Source: Thermodesulfovibrionia bacterium
GTDB lineage: Bacteria; Nitrospirota; Thermodesulfovibrionia; UBA6902
DNA: 64,000 bases
Reading direction: 5' to 3'
Assembly (NCBI GenBank): GCA_030646035.1
Contig: JAUSMY010000056.1
Coordinates: 5,481-69,480 of the forward strand
Part shown: positions 1 to 8,918 of the stretch, piece after piece
How positions within the stretch are numbered: the first letter of the stretch is position 1
Layout: the number at the start of each line of letters is the position of its first letter
Program-made: the position numbers and the translations under genes
Notes under the pieces: model-generated
The model's input: the letters and a program-made list of their open reading frames with translations, nothing else
The model's database searches: none
Told to the model about the DNA's origin: nothing

Positions 1-279
1 AAAAGTATTGTTTCAAATTCGTGTATAGAAGCCATTCCAGGCTGTGCTTGGTGCGTCTATCAACCATACTGTGGAAATGACCCTATAAGAAACCATACCC
101 AGCATGGTCATTTTATTGGTAACAGTGCGAGAACTGATTTTTGCCATAAGCACAAAGCAATTTTCAATATTATATTTGAATACCTTCAAAGAAATGATTC
201 AAGCATTATAAATGTATTTTGGTCATGGGTTACTCGGCGAAACACATTTGAAATGAACAATAATATTATTTCTTCTTGA
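1..279 (+). CDS. hxsB: His-Xaa-Ser system radical SAM maturase HxsB, C-terminal fragment (gene starts left of window)
   Basis: Frame 1 is open from base 1 to TGA at 277-279: KSIVSNSCIEAIPGCAWCVYQPYCGNDPIRNH...FCHKHK...VFWSW, a SPASM-type Cys cluster; lies directly upstream of hxsC-like and hxsA-like genes. Not in the ORF track. Confidence 0.85.
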   Translation, partial: KSIVSNSCIEAIPGCAWCVYQPYCGNDPIRNHTQHGHFIGNSARTDFCHKHKAIFNIIFEYLQRNDSSIINVFWSWVTRRNTFEMNNNIISS

Positions 280-283
280 TAAC

Positions 284-1396
284 ATGAGATCATTTAAAAC
301 AATTACAAATAATAATAAAATGTGTATTTGCAAAATAACGTCAAAGTGCGTTGATGCGAATGGGACAATTTCATACTTTGCGTCTATGTCAAATGGCAAC
401 ACATGCATAATCCTTGAAGCAAGAGCGTACACGCCAGAGAACTATACAGGTTTTGTATATAGAATTTATGATGATAATCAAGCCTTAGATGTTGGAGATA
501 TAGTGCGCTTTGAAGAAACTGGACATGGCACTGTTATATACGAAAATAAGTCTTTCTCTAATGCGATTTTCCTTACTGAAAAATGTAACTGTAGATGTAT
601 AATGTGTCCACAGCCTCCAAAAAGCATCGATAATTTTGATCATATTAATTTATCACGCAACACCCTTTCTTTGTTGGATTCTGAAACAGAAGTAATAGGC
701 ATAACTGGCGGAGAGCCTACAATGGTATGGGAAGACTTAATGGAAGTTCTGACAATATGTCGAACTAAACTTCCCAAAACCTCTATTCAACTTTTGACCA
801 ATGCCAGAGTATTGAAAGACTTCGGCAAGACTCAAGAATTATCTATTGCTGGCGGCAAAAACCTGATTGTTTGTATTCCAGTTTATGCTGATGTTTATTC
901 AATTCATGATAAAATAGTTAGTGTTAAAGGAGCTTTTTGGGAAACAATTAACGGTATTTATAACTTAGAAAGGCTTAATATTAAAATTGAGTTACGTACT
1001 GTAATTTCAAAATTGAATTATTCTCGTCTTACTAATTGGAGTGAATTTATTTATCGAAACCTTCCATTTGTAAGTCATATCGCCTTAATGGGCTTAGAGC
1101 CAACTGGTTTGGCGTTAAAAAACATAGACGAGGTTTGGATTGACCCACTGGAATATATGCCGATGCTTGAAGAAGCAACTAAATTGTTATATCAACGCAA
1201 TATGAACGTGTCGATTTATAATCATCAGCTATGCACATTGCCAAAGAAACTTTGGGGATTTTCAAAAAAAAGCATATCCGAATGGAAGAATATTTATTTA
1301 ATTGAGTGTATAGCTTGTAATAAGAAAAATGAGTGCGGAGGTTTTTTTAAATCTTCAGAGAAGATAAGAGGGCGTAATATTAGCCCATTTATATAA
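284..1396 (+). CDS. hxsC: His-Xaa-Ser system radical SAM maturase HxsC
   Basis: CNCRCIMC radical SAM motif followed by PQPP, ITGGEPT, and C-terminal SISEWKN...CIAC...CGGFF; context next to an HxS-repeat precursor. Confidence 0.9.
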   Translation: MRSFKTITNNNKMCICKITSKCVDANGTISYFASMSNGNTCIILEARAYTPENYTGFVYRIYDDNQALDVGDIVRFEETGHGTVIYENKSFSNAIFLTEKCNCRCIMCPQPPKSIDNFDHINLSRNTLSLLDSETEVIGITGGEPTMVWEDLMEVLTICRTKLPKTSIQLLTNARVLKDFGKTQELSIAGGKNLIVCIPVYADVYSIHDKIVSVKGAFWETINGIYNLERLNIKIELRTVISKLNYSRLTNWSEFIYRNLPFVSHIALMGLEPTGLALKNIDEVWIDPLEYMPMLEEATKLLYQRNMNVSIYNHQLCTLPKKLWGFSKKSISEWKNIYLIECIACNKKNECGGFFKSSEKIRGRNISPFI

Positions 1397-1427
1397 ACAA
1401 TTTTATAATTCAAGGAGAGGTGATATT

Positions 1428-2117
1428 ATGTCAAAGAAAATGTTCTTAAAGATTTGGGCAGGTGTTTTATCTTCATTGTCATTATCAGCTACTGAGAGTG
1501 TTGCAGATCTACAAATATACCAAAGAGAACCGGCTAATGATAAATTTGAAATAATTATGGAATCAAGCAAACCAGATATCTTTCTCAAACATGCAAAAGA
1601 AACTTACTCTGATTCTATGCTATTTGCAGGGCACAGAAGTCACCGTAGCCATCAAAGTCATTATTCATCTTATTCAAATCCTGACAAAACAACTAACACC
1701 TCAACTAAATCTACTGAAAAAACAATATATACTCCCTCTACAAACCCAGACACTACAACATCTCCTGAAAATTCAATATATACACCCTCTACAAATCAAA
1801 ACACTAATACATCAAAGAAATTAAAGGAACTAAATTCTACTGATATAAAGATGATTCAATTTTCACTGAACCTTCTTGGATTTAGTGCTAATAAAGTTGA
1901 TGGGATAATGAGTAGTGGCACTAAATCTGCTATTGAGAAATTTCAAACCAGCGAGAATCTCACCGTATCTGGTAAGATGGACGGTCAGACATGTTTGTTT
2001 TTAGCTCGTAAGCTTAAAGAGAACTTCCCAGACAATGCTGATGCAAAGGCGGTACATACTCATCTTATGAGTCTCTATATGAAATTAGAAAGTAGCACAT
2101 TGGAAATCACTAATTAG
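1428..2117 (+). CDS. hxsA: His-Xaa-Ser repeat precursor HxsA fused to a peptidoglycan-binding domain
   Basis: FAG-HRS-HRS-HQS-HYS-SYS core (nt 1632-1667), Thr/Ser/Pro linker, PG_binding_1-like IQFSLNLLGF...VDGIMSSGTKSAIEKFQ...L.VSGKMD; SD AGGAGAGGTG. Confidence 0.88.
   Translation: MSKKMFLKIWAGVLSSLSLSATESVADLQIYQREPANDKFEIIMESSKPDIFLKHAKETYSDSMLFAGHRSHRSHQSHYSSYSNPDKTTNTSTKSTEKTIYTPSTNPDTTTSPENSIYTPSTNQNTNTSKKLKELNSTDIKMIQFSLNLLGFSANKVDGIMSSGTKSAIEKFQTSENLTVSGKMDGQTCLFLARKLKENFPDNADAKAVHTHLMSLYMKLESSTLEITN
1715..1815 (+). repeat. 51-nt tandem duplication in the HxsA linker (two copies of E..IYTPSTN...T)
   Basis: ctgaaaaaacaatatatactccctctacaaac at 1715 recurs as ctgaaaattcaatatatacaccctctacaaat at 1766. 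Confidence 0.8.
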
Positions 2118-2138
2118 TTCAGGAGAATTACAAAAACA

Positions 2139-3401
2139 ATGAAGCATATTAATAAAATAATAAGTGTAAATTTATTACTCTTTATTTTATTGTATGGAAC
2201 GCTTCTGTCTTTTGCAGTAACTCCTACTTCATGGTCAGGAAAAGTAATAGAGGTTCTTGACGGAGACATTATCAAAGTGCTCCATGAGAACCATGAAGAA
2301 ACTATTATTTTAGCTGAAGTTGACTGTCCAAAAGTTGACCAGCCATTCGGAAGCATCGCAAAAAACTTTACTTCATATTTGAGTCTTGGAAAAATAATTA
2401 CAGTAAAGCCAGTCGGTACTGATGGCAATAGTCATATTGTTGCTCACATAATTCTTCCTGATAGACATGATCTGAATGAGGACTTAGTAGAGGCAGGCTT
2501 AGCTTGGGTATTACCATCAACTTCAACTAAAAATGCGTTATTAGATAAAGAAGCACAAGCTCGTTCTGATAAACTTGGGATTTGGTCTGAAACAAATCCT
2601 ATTCCACCATGGGAGTGGAATATAAATATCCGCCAGGCTGAAAACGAAAGACTGCTATCTAACATCCAGGAAACGTCACCTTTATCAAAAGATGAAATTA
2701 ATACTTCTATTAGTCAGAACCTAAAATATGAATCTGATGAAAAAGACAGTTTTGTAATCTATCGTGGTTTTGTTGTGAACTTTAATTGTCTTAAAAAAGG
2801 TCCAAATTTTACCATACATAGACTTACGGCAGAACAAATATCTACGGATCATGGCGAAAAAGCTAAAAGAAGAAGCAGTTTTTTTATAGACGACCATCAT
2901 TTAAAATCATGTTCCGCAACAAACAATGATTACAAGAAAAGTGGGTACGATCGTGGGCATATGGTTCCGGCTGGTGATTTTTACTGGAATCAATTACTGA
3001 AAAATGAAACTTTCGTTTTAACGAACATTTCTCCGCAAAGTCCAAACCTTAATAGAGGTATTTGGGTATTCTTGGAGAATACAATTAGAGATAGAGTTAC
3101 CAAAACAAGGCATACATTCTATATAATCACTGGCGTTATATATAGTGAGACTAAAAGCGATGTTATGGGACTTAGTAAGGTCGAGGTGCCCGATTCATTT
3201 TACAAAATTATTTTTGATTCTGATAATAATGAAATGTATGGTTTCTTAATAAATAATGACTTAGACTCCTATGATAGGTCTTTAAAAAGTTATCAGGTTA
3301 GCATCGACTATATTGAAAAATTAGCTAATGAAGATTTCTTTGATAACCTACCTGACATGCTTGAAAACTCCATAGAATCCTCAACAATCTATTTAAATTA
3401 A
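2139..3401 (+). CDS. Secreted fusion of an SNase-like (thermonuclease) domain and a DNA/RNA non-specific (NucA/EndoG-type) endonuclease
   Basis: Signal-peptide-like N-terminus; VIEVLDGD...DCP...QPFG...LNEDLVEAGLAW...GIW...PPWEW (SNase fold); YDRGHMVP...TF.LTNISPQ..NLNRGIW..LE (beta-beta-alpha-Me nuclease). Confidence 0.85.
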   Translation: MKHINKIISVNLLLFILLYGTLLSFAVTPTSWSGKVIEVLDGDIIKVLHENHEETIILAEVDCPKVDQPFGSIAKNFTSYLSLGKIITVKPVGTDGNSHIVAHIILPDRHDLNEDLVEAGLAWVLPSTSTKNALLDKEAQARSDKLGIWSETNPIPPWEWNINIRQAENERLLSNIQETSPLSKDEINTSISQNLKYESDEKDSFVIYRGFVVNFNCLKKGPNFTIHRLTAEQISTDHGEKAKRRSSFFIDDHHLKSCSATNNDYKKSGYDRGHMVPAGDFYWNQLLKNETFVLTNISPQSPNLNRGIWVFLENTIRDRVTKTRHTFYIITGVIYSETKSDVMGLSKVEVPDSFYKIIFDSDNNEMYGFLINNDLDSYDRSLKSYQVSIDYIEKLANEDFFDNLPDMLENSIESSTIYLN

Positions 3402-3409
3402 TATGAATT

Positions 3410-5434
3410 ATGGCCTTGAATAAATGTTGTACCAGCCTTGCCCTTAGTATGGTCCTTTCTCTTTTTATTGCCAATCCATTTGTAATCTATCTCCTCTTTA
3501 AACAAGTATCTATTTCCATGATCGTTTTTGCAATCGTTTTTATCATGATATATACAACACATTATTTCTATAGCGATGCAAAATGGTTCTTTATATATTT
3601 ATTGAACTTCATAGTCATTCTATCAATTTTCTTATACTTTGAAGTTGTATTTAGGTATGCATTTCAGGAATATATAATCAAAGATTTGTATATAGCGAAA
3701 TCGAAGTATTATTTCAACAAACCCAATTTAAATGAACCTCTAATAGATAGTGAATATAAATCACTATACCGCACTAATAATCAAGGTTATCGTATCGGTA
3801 TATCAACTCCCATGGATAAGGAGTTGAAAGCATGTGACTGGATATTCTTAGGTGATTCTTTTACGCAAGGAGCACAAGTTGAATTTGAACAACTATACAC
3901 TTCGATGTTATATAGGTATTTCCCCAATAAAATAATACTTAACGCTGGCGTTAGTGGCTTTGGAATCGCAGAGGAATATTATTTGCTCAAAGATTTAACC
4001 GCGGAAATAAAACCTAAAAAGGTTTTTTTGCAATTAGGTAGTTTTAATGATTTTGTGAACGTTGAAATTAAATCGCGAAGCATATCAGATTATATAATGC
4101 AATATTCTGATCTGTTTAGATATTTACTGTATGGATTAAAGTATCAACGTTCTGATGACTTGCCATTAGGAAGGTGGACAGAGCCGTTTCATATATCTGA
4201 GAACGACAATATTGACTTTAATATATTTTATAATAAGTCATCTCCGCAGAAAGAAGCAGATATTGAGGCACTAAAAAAGTATTTTGTTCTTTTAAATCAA
4301 GAAGTAGAAAAAGCAGGAGCGGAGTTGATTTTAATTATTCTTCCATCAAAGGAGCAGGTCTATCCAAGATATTTTGATGAAGTCATTAAAACTTTTAAGA
4401 TTAATATTGAATATTTAGACATGAATAAGCCTAATAAAATATTAACTGACTTGGCTAACTCATTGGGAGTTAGAGTTATAGATTTAACCAAAGAGTATAA
4501 AAAACTTCCTAATGAAGTTTTCTTAGTAAAAGATGAACATTTAAATGCATATGGGCATTCAGTGACCGCTGATATCATTGCAAATAAAATGAAAACCGAA
4601 GAAGCTATGAACGTTAAAATATTAGGATCGCATTCAATGACCGAACGGTATCCATCGTATACGAAAAATGGAACAAAATTAATCTATCAAGCATTACGTG
4701 AAGGAAAATTTGAAATAATGGAAGATGATATCATTTATGGTACAGAACAAAGAGTAACCTATGGCGGTGCTGACAAGCTTCACCCAACATTTTCGCCAAA
4801 TAATGAGTTGATAGCATATACAGAAGGAGATCCATCATCACTCAGAAGTAAGATTGCAATTCTCGATGTAACTAATTCACACAAGACATTAATTACAAAT
4901 AAGGAAAACCAATTTGGAGCTATTCCAATGTTCTCAAGTAATGGTAAATTAATCACATATGCCCAATGGCATTATGATCCTCGACTAACATATTATTCAC
5001 TGCCACAAATAGTTTACTCCGAATTAAACGGGGATCATGAGACGGTTATTACAAATAATGATTTTGAAAGCTGGAGACCAGTTTTTTCAAAAGACTCACA
5101 GTCAATATTTTATATATCAAGACGTAATGAGAATTTTGATATTTATAGATATGATCTTATATCTCATATAGAAATGAATCTTACAAATACTCCATATGAT
5201 GAATGGGACCCGAGCATTTCATTTGATGGAAATAAAATTGTTTTTGCTGCTCATAAATATGGGAATTGGGATTTATTTGAAATGAGTATAAAGGGAGAAA
5301 ATATTAGACAGTTAACCTTTACCGTTGGAGATGAATGGGATCCAAGCTATTCGCCAGACGGCAGTAATGTTGTTTTTGCTGGTGATTTTGGTTTTTTGGG
5401 CGGAATATATGAATATTCTCTTAATGAGCATTAA
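3410..5434 (+). CDS. Membrane-anchored SGNH/AlgJ-like acetyltransferase domain fused to TolB-like PD40 beta-propeller repeats
   Basis: N-terminal TM helices; FLGDSFTQG, NAGVSGFG, FND and DEHLN SGNH blocks; C-terminal repeats of P.FSP.G..I.Y type. Confidence 0.8.
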   Translation: MALNKCCTSLALSMVLSLFIANPFVIYLLFKQVSISMIVFAIVFIMIYTTHYFYSDAKWFFIYLLNFIVILSIFLYFEVVFRYAFQEYIIKDLYIAKSKYYFNKPNLNEPLIDSEYKSLYRTNNQGYRIGISTPMDKELKACDWIFLGDSFTQGAQVEFEQLYTSMLYRYFPNKIILNAGVSGFGIAEEYYLLKDLTAEIKPKKVFLQLGSFNDFVNVEIKSRSISDYIMQYSDLFRYLLYGLKYQRSDDLPLGRWTEPFHISENDNIDFNIFYNKSSPQKEADIEALKKYFVLLNQEVEKAGAELILIILPSKEQVYPRYFDEVIKTFKINIEYLDMNKPNKILTDLANSLGVRVIDLTKEYKKLPNEVFLVKDEHLNAYGHSVTADIIANKMKTEEAMNVKILGSHSMTERYPSYTKNGTKLIYQALREGKFEIMEDDIIYGTEQRVTYGGADKLHPTFSPNNELIAYTEGDPSSLRSKIAILDVTNSHKTLITNKENQFGAIPMFSSNGKLITYAQWHYDPRLTYYSLPQIVYSELNGDHETVITNNDFESWRPVFSKDSQSIFYISRRNENFDIYRYDLISHIEMNLTNTPYDEWDPSISFDGNKIVFAAHKYGNWDLFEMSIKGENIRQLTFTVGDEWDPSYSPDGSNVVFAGDFGFLGGIYEYSLNEH

Positions 5435-5605
5435 TACACTGTATTTTGTAGTTGTATTTTATTATCTACACTAATTTGAAGGCCAGAAAAAAAGGACATG
5501 TCTTATGTTAATTGTTATACTAAAAAGGAGAAGCCATGTACTGCACGAATTTTAGTAATCAAGTCGACGTAAAGGCGGGCGGCAAGTGCCAGGCAGCTAA
5601 ACGCT

Positions 5606-6052
5606 ATGCTTAAAAGGAAAACTTACATGAGATTATTGCAGGTAAATTTCTTTGTTGTGATTCTCGCCTTGTCTATAGTCAGTTGCGAGAAAAGCCCTGT
5701 TGAGGAATTGCAAGAGAAGGCAACCATTTGGATCAATACACTCCATTCCCTCACAGGGGATGAACAGCATGATGTCAAGGCAATAGAGGAATTCATTGAA
5801 CCATCGTCAGTTCGTGGTGAAAGAGCAAAGGAATACTACATTGAATGGACGAAGGATACGTCGTATAAAGTGATAGCGGGCTCTGTAGATGAGGTGTTAG
5901 TTGAAACAGATGGAATTAAAGGAATGGTCCGATATAGTATGGTTTATGAAGACTCGTCAGGACAAAGACAGGTGATTTCGCAACGCACAAAATGGAAGAT
6001 GGTAGACGGAGTATGGTATCGCATTATTGAAATGCCTGACATAAGAAGATAA
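5606..6052 (+). CDS. Hypothetical lipoprotein, possibly NTF2-like; start may be MRLLQ at 5627
   Basis: Lipobox-like LSIVSC after a hydrophobic stretch; C-terminal WKMVDGVWY. Confidence 0.55.
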   Translation: MLKRKTYMRLLQVNFFVVILALSIVSCEKSPVEELQEKATIWINTLHSLTGDEQHDVKAIEEFIEPSSVRGERAKEYYIEWTKDTSYKVIAGSVDEVLVETDGIKGMVRYSMVYEDSSGQRQVISQRTKWKMVDGVWYRIIEMPDIRR

Positions 6053-6080
6053 TTTATCTACGAATTCGTTTTAATCTCTT

Positions 6081-7562
6081 TTAAAAAATAAAATAAATAA
6101 AAGATTTTCCTCCGATATCACCCAGAAATAGCAACGAGCATATTATGATATTTAGTAAACATAATTCCTTTATTGTTACATGGTTAATGTCCGCCTTATA
6201 ATAATACCTTTCAATCCAGTCGAACGTTTCATTTAAAAAGAAAAATATAAGTAATAATAAATATGTAATTAATTCAAGTTGAGAAATACCCTGTATTTTA
6301 AATATTGACCATAAGTTATATGTATCATTAGGAATAAGATCAGCAAGTGAGAACATATCAGACATGATAGTTTTGATTATATAGGTTGCACTTGTAAGAT
6401 TATTTGCTCGGAAGAAAATCCAGCCCAAAGAAACCAAATTAAAGGTTACAATTGTTTTAATTAACTTATGTAATTTATCATATTTATTTAAACCAATTTT
6501 CTCAGCAATATATTCTCTAACATTGGCAGTCATGACGCCAGACACATAAAATAGACCATGTATTGCTCCCCATATAACAAAGTTTAAACTTGCACCATGC
6601 CATAATCCACTAACTAAAAAAACAATCATTATATTTCTATACCATCTATAAGTAGATACAGTATTGCCACCTAGAGGAATATATATATAATCCTTAAACC
6701 AAGACATTAGCGTTATGTGCCATCTTTTCCAAAAATCTGCAATTGATGTTGCAAGGTAGGGTTTTTGGAAATTTTCTGATAGCCTGTATCCAAATAGTTG
6801 TGCTGTGCCAATAGCAATGTCACAGTATCCTGAAAAATCACAATATATTTGGAAGGCAAATATATATGTTGTAAGCAGGAAAGTAAATCCGTTATTCCCA
6901 TATGGATTGCCATAAACCAAATCAACTATTAAAGCTAATTTGTCAGCTATAACAATTTTTTTAAAAAGACCCCAAAGAATCCGTTTAACACCATTTAGAA
7001 CTGCATTTAAATTTATTGTCGGCAAGTTATTAAATTGAGGAAGCAAATTGTCTGCTCGTTCTATTGGCCCAGCAAGAAGTTTTGGGAAAAAGGAAATATA
7101 TAAGGCGAATTTACTGAACTGCTTTTCAGGAATATACTTCTTATTATATATATCAAGGCAGTATGAAATAGCTTGAAAAGTATAGAATGAGATACCAATG
7201 GGTAAAGTGATATTATGAATGTTGTAAAAAGATGGGATACCAAAAGAGGGAATTATAATTTTCACAAATCTCAAGAATAAATCTAAGTACTTAAAAATAA
7301 AGAGCAACCCTATATTTGAGAATAAAACAAAAAATAGCCAAAACTTCTTTTTGAGGCCTTCAGACGAAATAATTTTTTGACTACCTAAATAGGTTGTAAC
7401 CGTAGAAAATAGAATTAAAATTATGTATATTGGTTCCGAATAAACATAAAAGAAATAGCTTGCTACCAGAAGAATAATCCAACGACATTTAGAATTAACG
7501 AGAAAATAACATGCTAATACTATTGAAAGAAAGATTAAATATTCTGTAGAGTTAAATGGCAT
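6081..7562 (-). CDS. MBOAT family O-acyltransferase (AlgI/DltB-like)
   Basis: MPFNS start, LPIGISFYTFQ, FFPKLLAGPIER, QIYCDFSGY.DIA.G, FWKRWHITL..WF.DYIYIPLGG, SGLWHGA, C-terminal FIYF.F. Confidence 0.93.
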   Translation of the reverse strand: MPFNSTEYLIFLSIVLACYFLVNSKCRWIILLVASYFFYVYSEPIYIILILFSTVTTYLGSQKIISSEGLKKKFWLFFVLFSNIGLLFIFKYLDLFLRFVKIIIPSFGIPSFYNIHNITLPIGISFYTFQAISYCLDIYNKKYIPEKQFSKFALYISFFPKLLAGPIERADNLLPQFNNLPTINLNAVLNGVKRILWGLFKKIVIADKLALIVDLVYGNPYGNNGFTFLLTTYIFAFQIYCDFSGYCDIAIGTAQLFGYRLSENFQKPYLATSIADFWKRWHITLMSWFKDYIYIPLGGNTVSTYRWYRNIMIVFLVSGLWHGASLNFVIWGAIHGLFYVSGVMTANVREYIAEKIGLNKYDKLHKLIKTIVTFNLVSLGWIFFRANNLTSATYIIKTIMSDMFSLADLIPNDTYNLWSIFKIQGISQLELITYLLLLIFFFLNETFDWIERYYYKADINHVTIKELCLLNIIICSLLFLGDIGGKSFIYFIF

Positions 7563-7873
7563 GAATATTTTGGGGGGACTGTCTCAGCCAACTTCGCAAC
7601 CTCATTTATCCCCAGTAATAATTATATACGAATAATTAGTAAGAATTTATTAACGGATTTAGCTTTTATTAAAATTATATAAATCATAACTTTAATAGCT
7701 GAAATCTGTTAATTATATTCTGACGATTATGAAATTTATTGTGTTGCGCTGTTTGCATATTATTTTGATATGAGCTGGGCTTATCGTATAACATAAATAT
7801 TGAATATCCATAACTTGGTCGTTTTTATTGTTATTTGATGTTTTTGAGAAATTGTAACCTATCACTCCCCCCC

Positions 7874-7890
7874 CACGCCACAGCGTGTCA
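7874..7890. promoter_or_regulatory. 17-bp operator-like site CACGCCACAGCGTGTCA (copy 1)
   Basis: Exact reverse complement at 14417-14433; contains dyad CACGC-N4-GCGTG; upstream of TGTTATA at 7921. Confidence 0.65.
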
Positions 7891-7970
7891 TTATTTTTAA
7901 ACCATATCTTGAAAAATCCCTGTTATATCTCTATGATTTTATTTAGATAATCAAGTTATATACACTTTTG

Positions 7971-8030
7971 GAGGCACATGATGCCCGGTTCTCCGCTTAA
8001 TAGCGGGGCAGCCGGGCATTTTTTGTTATG
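7971..8030 (+). promoter_or_regulatory. Hairpin plus U-tract leader element, copy 1, abutting the terminase-operon ATG
   Basis: GAGGCACATG-ATGCCCGGTTCTCCGCT-TAAT-AGCGGGG-C-AGCCGGGCAT-TTTTTGTT-ATG; 57/62 identical to 14642-14703. Confidence 0.8.
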
Positions 8031-8918
8031 GCTGAAAAAGATAACGCATCAACAGACAAAGAGAAAGAGCAGAAGCTGAGAGAGCTTTCCCCTGAAATGC
8101 TTCTTCTTAAGCTGAAGTCTAATGTTGCCAAGAAGCTGGCTGCCGGCGAGACAGGCCTCACCAATGACATCAAACAGATCCGTGACCTTGAAGAGACGTT
8201 AAAAAAGGCCTCAGGCGGAGATGCACCAGAGACGGAAGAATTCGGGATCCCTGAGCGTTTCAAGGTGAAGAGACGTTCTTATACATTGTCTAAGGCTGCT
8301 GTTGAGCAGAGGCGCAAGGCCCAGAAAAAAGCAACTGAGGCGATGCAGAAGCAAGGCGCCTCCACAGGGCCCAAGACTGATGCCGGCAAAAAAGCAAGCC
8401 GTCATAACGCATGGAAGCATGGCTCATATGCCGACAGCCTTTTCAGTCGCCTGACACGCCCCTGTAAAAAGACATGCCCTGATTATCCATGTGTCCTGAT
8501 CGAAGGCGGCAATACCGCCCCTGGACAACCCTGCATGGATGCAGAGTATCTGTACGAGGCATTTATGGCTATTCTCGATGCCGTCAAGAATAACAATTAT
8601 GACGACTTCAACAGTATGGCTGCACTGACTACATCTGCAAATATTCAGATACTCAGAAAGATGCAGGAAGCATTAATAGAGGACGGAGTTGTGGTCATGG
8701 GCGACAAGTTTGATAAAGATGGCACTGTTATCGGGCGTGAGCTCAAGGTCCATCCGGCAATCCCATATCTTGCAAAGCTTACAGAGGCGCTCGGCTTTAC
8801 TCCGAAGGATCTGAATATTACTCCAAGAGAGCTGGCAAAGGAGAAACAGGGCGATAAGTTCCATAAGACCCTTGCTGAGATGATGAGCGGAGTTCCAAGG
8901 AAAGAGGATAAAGAATGA
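8028..8918 (+). CDS. Putative terminase small subunit
   Basis: STGPKTDAGKKASRHNAWKHG motif, VHPAI...LGFTP segment typical of small terminases; ATGA overlap with the large subunit gene. Confidence 0.6.
   Translation: MAEKDNASTDKEKEQKLRELSPEMLLLKLKSNVAKKLAAGETGLTNDIKQIRDLEETLKKASGGDAPETEEFGIPERFKVKRRSYTLSKAAVEQRRKAQKKATEAMQKQGASTGPKTDAGKKASRHNAWKHGSYADSLFSRLTRPCKKTCPDYPCVLIEGGNTAPGQPCMDAEYLYEAFMAILDAVKNNNYDDFNSMAALTTSANIQILRKMQEALIEDGVVVMGDKFDKDGTVIGRELKVHPAIPYLAKLTEALGFTPKDLNITPRELAKEKQGDKFHKTLAEMMSGVPRKEDKE

Noticed and set aside
5560-5610. GC-richer patch ending GCAGCTAAACGCTATGC, resembling the right end of an integron attC site
   Set aside because: Core reads GCT not GTT, no matching inverse core or long dyad was found, and no integron integrase is present.
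7563-7873. Candidate left att site of the prophage
   Set aside because: No tRNA-Glu 3' half or GTGAGAG core match seen in this interval.
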